Virus record (IMG/VR): IMGVR_UViG_3300036771_000024
Span: 55,392-119,391 of that record
Length of the DNA stretch: 64,000 nt
Strand: one strand, 5' to 3'
Source: a virus
Lineage: Duplodnaviria > Heunggongvirae > Uroviricota > Caudoviricetes
The notes beneath the pieces were generated by a model, which saw only the letters and a list, made by a program, of their open reading frames with translations, was not told where the DNA came from and ran no database searches. Shown here in pieces: positions 1 to 9,400 of the stretch. A program made the translations under genes and the position numbers. Each line of letters starts with the position of its first letter. Position 1 is the stretch's first letter.

Positions 1-1
1 A

Positions 2-1243
2 CCCGGGCCTGTCCCTGCGATATCGGTCCTGGCTGGTATCCCCACCGCGACAGGTACGTCACCGGCCCCGTCCATCCAGACGGGCCTGACTGTCAATGCC
101 GGGATCCCCACCGCTACCGGTGCGGCACCGGGACCTGTTGTCGCTGAGGCTGTCAAACCTGGCATTCCCACGGCTACGGGCAGCGCCGCCGCGATTGTCG
201 CTGAGGCTGTCCTGGCGGGCATACCTACTGCTACGGGTAGCGCACCTGCACCGCAGATCCTGACGGGGCTGACCGTCAACGCCGGGATCCCGACTGCTAC
301 GGGTGCAGCATCACAGCCGGTGGTCGCTGATGCGGTAATTCCTGGCATACCTACTGCTACGGGCAGCGCCGCCGGGTTCGTGAACATCCAGGCTAAGCCT
401 GGTATCCCCACGGCTACGGGTACGGCACCGCAGCCAACGGTGGCTGAGGCTATCCTAGCCGGGATCCCGGTCGCTACCGGGGTAGCACCGCAACCAGGGA
501 TCGTCACCGGCCTAGTCATCACCGCTCCTCCTGTCACGGCGGCAGGCTCAGCATCTGCCATAGCGAACATCCAGCCGATCGCTGGCGCACCGGTAGCCAC
601 GGGCACGCCAGCGCAGCCGGTTGCTGCACCGTCGGCATTCGCTGGTGCTCCCACCGCTACCGGTTCAGCAGCAGCAGTAGCGAACATACGCCCCGTGGCT
701 GGTGCACCCACAGCTACAGGCGCAGCCGCGGCGACCGTCTCGATCTTCGTCAACGCGGCCATACCTGTCGCTACGGGTACGTCACCGCAGCCGGGGATCG
801 TCACCGGGCTCGTCATCAACGCACCCCCGGTCACCGCGTCGGGCCTGGTATCGCAGCCGGTCATAGCAGAGGTTATATTCGCCGGGATACCTGCCGCAAC
901 GGGCAGCGCACCACCGGTTACGCGTGGGGTCGGTGCAGGGATACCGACCGCTACCGGGTTTGCACCGCAGGCGAAGATAGCCGAGTCGGTGTTCGCTCTG
1001 GTTGCGGTCGCTGCGGGCGTGGCACCGGATGCCCAGGCGGTATCGGTCCTGCCGCATGTCACCGCCCGTTCCACGTCTTCGGTGGATGCGAAGGTGAATT
1101 CCACGTCAGCAGCGGATGACCCGCGTGAGGCCAGTAGTGCTGTCGGAGGGCGGGGTTCCACCTCGTCAGCTGACAGCTCGAAGGGCGGCGCGGGTTCACC
1201 GCTGGTGACAGGGGCACGTGATAGCGTTTCATCAGTGACGTAG
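2..1243 (+). CDS. 5'-partial structural protein made of >=16 tandem ~20-aa repeats (consensus xAGIPTATGxAPQPxxAEAV) ending in an S/T-rich C-terminal tail; possible capsid/decoration-type protein
   Basis: Frame open from window edge (first in-frame start codon at 320 but no upstream stop); 60-nt DNA periodicity visible from nt 1 to ~1000; C-terminal 60 aa ~40% Ser/Thr; lies immediately upstream of head-tail connector gene. Confidence 0.55.
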   Translation, partial: PGPVPAISVLAGIPTATGTSPAPSIQTGLTVNAGIPTATGAAPGPVVAEAVKPGIPTATGSAAAIVAEAVLAGIPTATGSAPAPQILTGLTVNAGIPTATGAASQPVVADAVIPGIPTATGSAAGFVNIQAKPGIPTATGTAPQPTVAEAILAGIPVATGVAPQPGIVTGLVITAPPVTAAGSASAIANIQPIAGAPVATGTPAQPVAAPSAFAGAPTATGSAAAVANIRPVAGAPTATGAAAATVSIFVNAAIPVATGTSPQPGIVTGLVINAPPVTASGLVSQPVIAEVIFAGIPAATGSAPPVTRGVGAGIPTATGFAPQAKIAESVFALVAVAAGVAPDAQAVSVLPHVTARSTSSVDAKVNSTSAADDPREASSAVGGRGSTSSADSSKGGAGSPLVTGARDSVSSVT

Positions 1244-1258
1244 AAAGGGAGGGTCGCG

Positions 1259-2209
1259 GTGTCGAGTACCGTCTTCTACGACAACGCCAACGAATTCGCG
1301 ACCCTCACTGTCACATTCAACGTGCTGACCATACCCACCGATCCGACCGCAGTTTCATGTCTTGTCACTGACCCAGCGGGCGGGCAGGTTACTCACACGT
1401 TCGGTGGTGCTGCCCCCGCTGACGTGACCAAGGTCAGCACCGGCAAGTACAAGCTGGATATAGCGTGCTCACCGTCGATCACCGGGGTTGAGGGCCTGTG
1501 GTCCTACGCATGGGTAGGGACCGGGGCGGCAGCCGACGTGCAGCCCGGGACGTGGCGTGTCCTCGCGCTGGACCAGCCCCGGTGGTACGTGGGACCCGAG
1601 GAGCTGAAGGACCGCATCGGCCAGACGGACAGCACAACCGACTCGGTCCTCGCGTCGGTGTGCCTGGCCACCTCGCGGTGGATCGACCGGTACTGCGGGC
1701 GTCACTTCTTCCGCACGACCGACGTGCGGACCTACCAGCCGACCAACATCGCGCTGCTGGTCACCGATGACATCGTGTCGGTCACCAGCCTGAAGGTCGA
1801 TGTTGACGGTGACGGCGTGTTCGAGACCACGTGGACTCAGGGCACCAACTATCAGCTCCGCGTCGGATGGGGCCAGTACAACACGGGTGAGTACAACCAG
1901 CTCGCGTCGGGTGAGCAGAAGCCGTTCACGCAGGTTCAGGTGATCGGCTCAACGAACTTCTTCCCGTTCATCTGGCCGTTCGTCCACATGGACCGGGTGC
2001 AGATCAGCGGGGTGTTCGGCTGGCCCCAGGTCCCCCCGGTGGTGACGCAGGCTGCACTGCTGATCGCTGCTGACTGGTTCAAGATGAAAGACGCACCGTG
2101 GGGTGTGGCGGGTATCTCCGACCTGGGGATCATCCGGGTCCAGTCGAACCCGTGGATCAGCGAGCAGCTCCGCCCGTATTGCCGGGCACGCGGAAAGGTC
2201 GGGGTGTGA
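1259..2209 (+). CDS. head-tail connector/adaptor protein (gp6-like domain) with N-terminal beta-rich extension
   Basis: GTG start with AAGGGAGG RBS; central segment ELKDRIGQTDSTTDSVLASVCLATSRWIDRYCGRHF and C-terminal AALLIAADWF resemble phage gp6-like head-tail connector family. Confidence 0.5.
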   Translation: MSSTVFYDNANEFATLTVTFNVLTIPTDPTAVSCLVTDPAGGQVTHTFGGAAPADVTKVSTGKYKLDIACSPSITGVEGLWSYAWVGTGAAADVQPGTWRVLALDQPRWYVGPEELKDRIGQTDSTTDSVLASVCLATSRWIDRYCGRHFFRTTDVRTYQPTNIALLVTDDIVSVTSLKVDVDGDGVFETTWTQGTNYQLRVGWGQYNTGEYNQLASGEQKPFTQVQVIGSTNFFPFIWPFVHMDRVQISGVFGWPQVPPVVTQAALLIAADWFKMKDAPWGVAGISDLGIIRVQSNPWISEQLRPYCRARGKVGV

Positions 2210-2424
2210 AACCTGCTACGCGCGGTGTGCTGACCACGCAGAACTCACCGGCGATCGTCGCTGTCATATTCGGCTTCCCGGGCGGGCGGCGGGGCGGCCG
2301 GGGCCGGTGATCAGTGGCCGGGAAGCGGTGCACGTTCTACGCGAACGGCGTGCACCACTTCGTGTTCTACGGGAAGAAATACGCGCAATGCCGGTGCGGG
2401 CACAAACTGAAAAGGGTGTGAACC

Positions 2425-2835
2425 GTGGCTGACATCAACGCGATAGCCACCGCCATGGCGAACCGTATCGCCACGACCGGGGTGAAAGCCCTCCCGTACG
2501 CACCCGGTGCGATCGTCCCCCCGGCTGTGGTGGTGATACCGGACCGGCCTGCGATCCTGTACGGGCAGACGATGGACGGGGAAGTCAACCTGAACTTCCT
2601 CGCGATCGTGGTCCTGTCAGCGGCGAACGACACGACCGGCCAGCTCAACCTGAACAACTTCGTGGCCTCGTCGGGTGCCCAGTCGGTCAACGCGGCGATC
2701 CAGGGTGACCCGTCACTCGCGGGGACGGTGGAATTCGCTATCGTCCTCCAGGTCGGCACGTACGGCCTGATCGAATACGCAGGCCAGCAGTACATCGGGG
2801 CTTCGTTCCTCATCCAGTGCGGGGCGCACCTGTGA
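2425..2835 (+). CDS. hypothetical virion protein (head-tail joining / tail terminator-like position)
   Basis: 136-aa ORF, synteny between connector and tail genes; no motif recognised. Confidence 0.35.
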   Translation: MADINAIATAMANRIATTGVKALPYAPGAIVPPAVVVIPDRPAILYGQTMDGEVNLNFLAIVVLSAANDTTGQLNLNNFVASSGAQSVNAAIQGDPSLAGTVEFAIVLQVGTYGLIEYAGQQYIGASFLIQCGAHL

Positions 2836-3599
2836 AAATAGCGATCATCGGTTACCTGGGTATCGTCGGCCAGGCACAGGCACGCATGTTCACCGGGCAT
2901 GACCTGGTGCGCCGCGACACAGCAGACGGTTCTGCCCGCGCTGATCTCACGGGATGCGATTTCGCGGTGGTGTGCGTGGGCACCCCGTCAGGCGACGGGG
3001 GTTACGCCGACCTGACCTTCCTGGACGAAGCGATATCATCCCTGCCTGAATCGCTGCCCATCCTGATCCGTTCCACTGTCCCGCCTGGCACAACCGTCAG
3101 GGTCAGCGCTGCACGCAGCGGTATCACAGCGTGCGCACCGGAGTTCCTGACCGAACGTAAAGGCGGCGCGTGGCCGGACAGCACCGACGTGCCGTTCCTG
3201 ATCCTGGGCGGAGACACCGGAGGGCTGGGTTTCTTCCGGCCCCGCCTGGCCATGGTGTTCCCCGGTGAGATCATCGAATGCGCCCCGACCGCAGCCGAGC
3301 TGGTCAAGTACACCGCGAACCTGTACCAGGCCACCCGGGTCACGTTCGTGAACGAGATGGCCCGGATATGCGAGGCACGCGGGGTGGACTGGGAACAGGT
3401 CCGTGCAGCATGGCTGGCCGACTCACGGGTGGACCCGCAGTACACGGCCATGGAAGGTTTCCCGCCCGGGTTCGGCGGCCGGTGCTGGCCAAAGGATCTC
3501 GAAGCCCTGATCACAGCGGCCCGGAGCTGCGGGTATGAGGCTTCGTTCCTGGTCGCGGTCCGTGAGGCAAACCAGCGTTTCACAGCGGAGGTCGAATGA
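2832..3599 (+). CDS. UDP-glucose/GDP-mannose dehydrogenase family protein, C-terminally truncated form
   Basis: N-terminal Rossmann KIAIIGYLGIVG; APEFLTERKG (cf. NPEFLREG); catalytic-Cys motif GFGGRCWPKD (cf. GGSCFPKD); ~255 aa so lacks typical C-terminal UDP-sugar domain; start GTG overlaps upstream stop. Confidence 0.6.
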   Translation: MKIAIIGYLGIVGQAQARMFTGHDLVRRDTADGSARADLTGCDFAVVCVGTPSGDGGYADLTFLDEAISSLPESLPILIRSTVPPGTTVRVSAARSGITACAPEFLTERKGGAWPDSTDVPFLILGGDTGGLGFFRPRLAMVFPGEIIECAPTAAELVKYTANLYQATRVTFVNEMARICEARGVDWEQVRAAWLADSRVDPQYTAMEGFPPGFGGRCWPKDLEALITAARSCGYEASFLVAVREANQRFTAEVE

Positions 3600-4657
3600 G
3601 GGTTCTTGTTGTCCACCCGGGGCCGAACTTCTCGGTCGCTGACGTACACAACGGGTGGGTAGACGCATTGCAGGGGCTGGGCTGCGAGGTTGCCTCGTTC
3701 AACACAGACGACCGGATCCAGTTCTACGCGCATTCGCTGATAGACACCGGTGAGGTCGATGAGGAAGGCCACCCGCTGGTCCGCCGGGCGATGAGCAACG
3801 ATGACGCGTTCCGAGCTGGCATGCAGGGCCTGTCCCACGCGTGTTTCACGATGTGGCCGGACGTGGTGGTCTTCGTGTCGGGGTTCTTCGTGACCGCCGG
3901 TATCTTGCAGCTGCTCCAGTCGAGGCGGATGAAGGTGGTGCTGCTGGCCACCGAGTCCCCGTACCAGGAGAAGATGCAGCTGGAACGGGCGCAGTGCACC
4001 GACGTGACGCTGCTGAACGACCCGGTGAACATCGAGCAGTACCGGGACATGGGGATCGTCGCCGAGTACGCACCGCACGCCTACCGCCCGTCGGTCCACT
4101 ACCCGCACGGACCGGGGGACGTGTGGAAACCCGAGCTGGAAGCGGACCTGTCGTTCATAGGGACGGGGTTCAAGTCGCGGGTGGAGTTCTTCGAGCGGAT
4201 GAACCTGCGTGGCCTGGACGTGCTCCTGGGCGGCTGCTGGGTGGACGTACCGGAGGAATCGATCCTGAACCAGTACCTGGGTCACGGGCCCGACGTGTGC
4301 GTCGACAACACCGAGACCGCTGAGATCTACCGGCACGCGAAAGCTGGCATCAACTTCTACCGGCGTGAGTATGACGACGCTGATGACGACGCGGTCCAGC
4401 CGTACGCGATGGGTCCCCGTGAGGTGGAGATGGCCGCGTGCGGCCTGTTCTACCTTCGTGACCCCCGCCCCGAAGGCGACCAGCTACTTCCCATGCTTCC
4501 CACGTTCTCCGGCCCCGAGGATGCCGGTGAGCAGCTCCGCTGGTGGATCAGCCACGACAAGGAGCGGGAAGCAGCAGCCGCGGCAGCGCGGGAGGCAGTA
4601 TCTAACCGCACGTTCGATGAGAACGCGCGGCGGTTGCTGAAGCTGCTGGACTCATAA
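3596..4657 (+). CDS. GT-B fold glycosyltransferase (GT1/GT4-like)
   Basis: C-terminal half has nucleotide-sugar binding signature incl. E-x7-E-like PREVEMAACG and typical GT4 C-terminal helix; translationally coupled (ATGA) to dehydrogenase gene. Confidence 0.5.
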   Translation: MRVLVVHPGPNFSVADVHNGWVDALQGLGCEVASFNTDDRIQFYAHSLIDTGEVDEEGHPLVRRAMSNDDAFRAGMQGLSHACFTMWPDVVVFVSGFFVTAGILQLLQSRRMKVVLLATESPYQEKMQLERAQCTDVTLLNDPVNIEQYRDMGIVAEYAPHAYRPSVHYPHGPGDVWKPELEADLSFIGTGFKSRVEFFERMNLRGLDVLLGGCWVDVPEESILNQYLGHGPDVCVDNTETAEIYRHAKAGINFYRREYDDADDDAVQPYAMGPREVEMAACGLFYLRDPRPEGDQLLPMLPTFSGPEDAGEQLRWWISHDKEREAAAAAAREAVSNRTFDENARRLLKLLDS

Positions 4658-4752
4658 TTGAATAGTGTCACCGAGGCCGTAGCCACCTCACGAGGTGCGG
4701 ACGGAGCCGGTTCTTTCACAGATCCGTCCCGTAATAGTAAGGAGCACCTACT

Positions 4753-5187
4753 GTGAGTAGGATCCACGGCCGGAACGGGATCGCGTACATCGCGGTCCAG
4801 TCCGGTGCTGCGGCCTCGCCGATGGCATTTCTCACCGACTGGTCGATTAACTTCGTCGTGAACAAGGTCGACGTTACCGCGATGGGTGACCCCAACCTGA
4901 TCTGGGTCGCCGGTCTCCCTGACGCATCCGGTGACTTCTCCGGGTTTTACGACACCGCGACCGCGCAGACGTACGTCGCGGCTACTGACGGCCTGCCGCG
5001 TAACATGTACCTGTACCCGAGCACGCTGGGCCAGCAGGGTGCTAACCCTGGCCAGTACTTCTTCGGTACGATCCTCCCCGACTACAGCGTGACCGGTGGT
5101 GTCTCGGCCGCCGTGTCGCTGAAGTCGACATGGAACGCCGCCTCGCCTATTATCCGCTACCCGAACGTGGGTATTCCGGGCACCTAA
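4753..5187 (+). CDS. putative major tail (tube) protein
   Basis: 144-aa ORF with AAGGAG RBS located just upstream of chaperone/TMP genes; assignment by synteny only. Confidence 0.4.
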   Translation: MSRIHGRNGIAYIAVQSGAAASPMAFLTDWSINFVVNKVDVTAMGDPNLIWVAGLPDASGDFSGFYDTATAQTYVAATDGLPRNMYLYPSTLGQQGANPGQYFFGTILPDYSVTGGVSAAVSLKSTWNAASPIIRYPNVGIPGT

Positions 5188-5285
5188 TCTCATGGTGCTG
5201 GACAGCGGTGTGGGCCCGACGACGGCGGAGGTCACGTAACAGGCGGGCCTCACACCGGCAGTACCAGCATGAGGAGATGTGCTAA

Positions 5286-5852
5286 ATGGCAGATGACGTG
5301 CGCGCCGAAGTCGAGATCGCTGCGACCCAGGTGCAGGCGTCCACAGACCGGGAACTGTCCGGCGAGGTCATCAACCATGACAGGGTGGTGACTCTCGCCG
5401 GGCAGGACTTCCGGGTCGCGGAGAAGGTCGGGCTCATGCCGTTGCTGAAGTTCAGCCACGCGGCTGAGCTGCGCGCAAACGACTCCCGCGCGTATGTGGC
5501 GATGTACGAGATCCTCCGCGACGTGATCATGGAGGCCGAGGAGCCGTGCGGTGAATGCGCGGCCTGCAAGGAAGCCGGGGACGACCCGACAGCACGCGAC
5601 TGCATATACGCAGACGAAGGTGACTGGGGTAAGTTCCAGGAACACGCCGTCACCTGCAAATGCGAGGCGGAAGAACTATTCGACGTGGTAGAGCAGGCGA
5701 TCAAGGTGATCTCAGCCCGCCCTACCGGGTCGCCATCCAGCTCTGCGGATGGGTCGCGGCGCACTTCGCGGAACTCGACGGCAGGCAACTCCGCCAAACG
5801 GGGCGCGGCCTCGAAACCCTCACCCCGCGGCAGGCGTGCAACCTCGCGCTGA
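5286..5852 (+). CDS. tail assembly chaperone (G-like)
   Basis: VGLMPLLKFSHAAEL motif typical of actinophage tail assembly chaperones; protein-like sequence degrades after ~aa 145 (ARPTGSPSSS...) where overlapping -1 frame becomes protein-like. Confidence 0.5.
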   Translation: MADDVRAEVEIAATQVQASTDRELSGEVINHDRVVTLAGQDFRVAEKVGLMPLLKFSHAAELRANDSRAYVAMYEILRDVIMEAEEPCGECAACKEAGDDPTARDCIYADEGDWGKFQEHAVTCKCEAEELFDVVEQAIKVISARPTGSPSSSADGSRRTSRNSTAGNSAKRGAASKPSPRGRRATSR

Positions 5853-5998
5853 CGTGCATGACGGAAAGCATGGAAGAGGAGCAGCACGAGGAATTCATGG
5901 AGGAACTGTACGCCAGGGATTCGGCTGAGAACACAGCGAAGCAGCAGCTCCGCGAGCACATGGAAGCCGCTGGCATCCAGTGGGACGAGGAGATCTGA
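5660..5998 (+). CDS. tail assembly chaperone C-terminal extension reached by probable -1 programmed frameshift (G-T fusion)
   Basis: Overlaps 5286..5852 in -1 frame; its own N-terminal ~20 aa are junk-like while downstream (VAIQLCGWVAAHFAELDG...) is protein-like; shift expected ~5715-5735. Confidence 0.4.
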   Translation: MRGGRTIRRGRAGDQGDLSPPYRVAIQLCGWVAAHFAELDGRQLRQTGRGLETLTPRQACNLALTCMTESMEEEQHEEFMEELYARDSAENTAKQQLREHMEAAGIQWDEEI

Positions 5999-6447
5999 TG
6001 GCGGGTGTTGAGGTTATCAGGTTCCGGTTCAACGAGGCTGAGGTGCAGGCGTTCCTGAACGACCCGGACGGCCCGGTTGCGCACCTGATGCGCGAGCTGG
6101 GCCTGGAAGCGGAAGGTTTCGCCCGGGCTAAGGTCCGCAAGCGCGCGTCCCCGTCCCCGGGTAAGAGCGGCCGGCCGGGCACGTCCGCACCACCGGGCAG
6201 CACAGCAGCGTCGATCGATTCGGCGTTGCACGCGAACGGGTTCCGCATCCCGTGGGCCGAGGTGTCCGCGGACATGGTGGGCTTGTTCCTCGAAAAAGGC
6301 ACCAGGCCGCACCCCATCGACTCGTACGGGCCATGGTCGCTGTCGAACTACGGGACCGGGTATTTCGGGTATCACGTGAACCACCCGGGTACCCGGCCTT
6401 ATCCATTTCTGACGACTGCCCTGTGGGCTTTGCAGGGTCAGGTCTGA
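5998..6447 (+). CDS. hypothetical protein between chaperones and tape measure
   Basis: ATG at 5998 overlapping stop of frameshift ORF; 149 aa; no motif. Confidence 0.4.
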   Translation: MAGVEVIRFRFNEAEVQAFLNDPDGPVAHLMRELGLEAEGFARAKVRKRASPSPGKSGRPGTSAPPGSTAASIDSALHANGFRIPWAEVSADMVGLFLEKGTRPHPIDSYGPWSLSNYGTGYFGYHVNHPGTRPYPFLTTALWALQGQV

Positions 6448-6464
6448 GCTAGGGGAGTGATGCT

Positions 6465-9400
6465 GTGGCGCGTCGGCTAGGTGAGGCGTTCGTCTCCATC
6501 GAAGCCGACGCGTCTCTTTTCCGTCCCACGGCTATAGCCGGGATGAAGAAGGCGCTCGCCGGCGTGACCGGGAACATCAAGATCACCGCTGACATGGACC
6601 CGAAGAGGGCCGAGCAGGGGATCGCGGCGCTGAAGCTGCGGATGGAGGCGCTGTCGCAGATCCTGGCGAAGCTGCGCGCCAGCGTGGACACGAAGTCGGC
6701 TGAGGCGTCGGTCGTGAAGCTGCAAGCGGACCTGCACGGCCTCGCTAAGAGCGTCAGCAAGATCACGTTCCAGCCGGACACGCGGAAGCTGGACGCCGCC
6801 ATCGCCAAGGCGCAGACCGAGCTTCGCGGGCTCATGAAGGACCTGAGCAAGGTCACGCTCCAGGCGGACACCACGAAGCTGGACACGGCCATCGCCAAGA
6901 GCAAGGCCCTGCTCCGCTCGCTGGAACGGCAGGCGTCCGAGTTGCAGCTCGACGCGGATGTCACCAAGATCGACTCGAAGATAGCGAACCTGAATAAGGA
7001 AACCGCTGTCATCAACAAGGCCCTGGGGAAGATGAAGGCCGATGTTGACATCGACAAGGCACTGTACCGCCTGTACGCGATCGAAGCTGAGATCAAGCTG
7101 CTCAACTCCGACGCGAAGAAGATCGAGCTTATCGCGAAAACCAACGCGATCAACGTCCAGATCGCCGGAGTCCTGAAGCACATCGATGACCTGGGGAAGG
7201 AGAAGGCTGACCTCGCCGCGAACACCACGATCATCAAGGCGCAGATCGCTGATGTGCACGCGCGTATCGCGGCGCTCTCACAGGAGAAGATCGACCTCAC
7301 CGCGAATATCGACACGAGCGTCCTGCTGAACGCCGAGCAGAGGATGCTCGGCCTGGAAGCTGCCACGTCGAAGATGGCGGGGACCACGAAGGACGCCACG
7401 AAGGCGTCCGCGGGGCTCCAGGGAATATGGACGGGCGGCTGGCTCCGCGGTGCCATCCTGGGTGTCGGCATCTGGCACATCGCGCTTGACGGCCTGCTGG
7501 AAATCATCATCATCGTGACCGCCTCGCTGATCGCCCTGGCTGCGGGCGCGGCTGGCCTGGCCGAGTCCGCCAGGAACATCGCCACGCAGATGAACAGCGT
7601 GCGGACGGCATCATCAGCTCTCGGGCAGAACATCCAGCCGCTGACCGGCAAGCTGGACAACCTGATGAAGTCGATGGCATCCCGGTCGATCGAGATTTTC
7701 GGTGGCGGCCTGAACCTGATCAAGAACCAGGCAGGAGGGGTCCTGTCCCGGATCGAGCCGGTTGTCAGCCTGTTCGACACGTGGGTCGCGAAGATCGACA
7801 TATGGGCTGCGCACAACCGTGACTTCGGCGCGGCTATCAACTCGGGCCGCCAGTTCCTGGAGCAGCTCGGCAAGATCATCGGTATCCTGACGAACGCTAT
7901 CTCGAACCTGCTCCAGAAAGACCCGGGGATCGCGCATTTCCTCCTCGACTTCGTCCAGGGGGCGGTGCTCCTGCTGGACGCGTTCAGTAAGCTGCCGAGG
8001 CCGATCGTGGAGGCCACCCTGGCGATCCACGGGGCATACCTGTGGCTGAGGCTGCTCGTCGCGCTGCCGATCCTGGCGTTCGCGAAGTCGCTGGGGATCC
8101 TGTCAGCTAAGCAGCTCGAATCAGCTGGTACCGCGCTGAAATTCAGTAATGTCGTGAAGTTCCTGGCCACCAACCCGTTCGGGTGGGCGACGGTAGCCGC
8201 GATCACGGTCGGGCTGCTGGCCTGGCAGCTCACCCAGGCGACCGGTGCGGCTAAGAGCTTCATCGGCTCGCTGGAAACAGGGCTGGCTAACGCCAGTGCC
8301 AGTCAGGCGATCAGCCAGATCAGCATTGACATCGGGCTGCTCAACGCGCAGATCGACCGGGTCCCGGCTCGTGTCGGCAACCTGGAACTATCGGTTGTCG
8401 GTTTCGCGTCGAAGGCTGGTACTTCTTTCAACAATGTCAGCCACGACCTGAACAAGGGAGACATCAACGGCGCGCTGACCGACATTGCCCGCACCGCTTA
8501 CAACGCGGTGCGGGCTTTCTTCGGGTTCCAGTCCGTGGGCCCGCAGATCAAGCAGACCCAGAACGACGTGGGGAAATTCCGCGAGGAGATCGTCCACCTG
8601 TCTGCTGAGCAGACACGCCTGTTCCACACGACCGGGACGCTGGTCACGGGGCAGAACGACCTGCACCTCGGCACCTTGTCTGTCTCGCAGGCGTTCGCCC
8701 TGATGGACCTGGCGGGGGTGAAAGCATCCGACAGTATAGATGTGCAGTACCAGAAGGTCAAGAACCTCGTCACCGGGTACAACGCCCTGTCCATCCGCGG
8801 CGGTATCCTGAAGAACTCCGTCAACGCGATCACGTTCGCCGCGCTCCAGCAGCAGGAGAAAGTCGGGCAGCTCAACTCGGCGTGGGACACGTTCTTCCAG
8901 ACGGTCACCGGTGGCGCATCCGGGTTCCTCTCATTCGCGACGCAGACCATCGGCCTGTACTCCACGCTGACCACCAACGGTGTCAAGCTGGCGTCCAGCA
9001 ACGGGAAGGTCCACGCCAGCCTGTCGGGTCTCGCAGCCGGGGCTCAGGACACAACCATCTCCATGACGGGGCTGAACCTCGCGTCGATCAACGCCAGGCA
9101 GACGTTCCTCCAGTCCGCTGGCGCGGCCAACACGCAGATCGACAACCTGACCCTGCTGGCGAACGCAGCCGGGCTTGGCCAGAAGGGCACCGACCTGCTC
9201 ACCCGGGCGACGCAGGACATGGTGGCGTCGCTGCTGCCCGCGACCGGTAAGTCCCAGGAACTGACCGACGCGCTGTTCGTCCTGGCGCAGCGTGGCGGCT
9301 ACCAGGGTGCGAACAGTTTCAAGGCCCTGTCGCAGTGGGTGAGTAAAACCAAGAACCCCATGCAGGATCTGGATAAGATCACTTCCACGCTGACGACCGA

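Noticed and set aside
3002-4336. 444-aa minus-strand ORF overlapping the dehydrogenase/GT genes
   Set aside because: Low-complexity R/P/H-rich translation typical of antisense frames in high-GC DNA; the plus-strand genes have clear motifs.
6449-8263. 604-aa minus-strand ORF antisense to the tape measure gene
   Set aside because: Ala/Ser/Arg-rich junk translation; the TMP frame is unambiguous.
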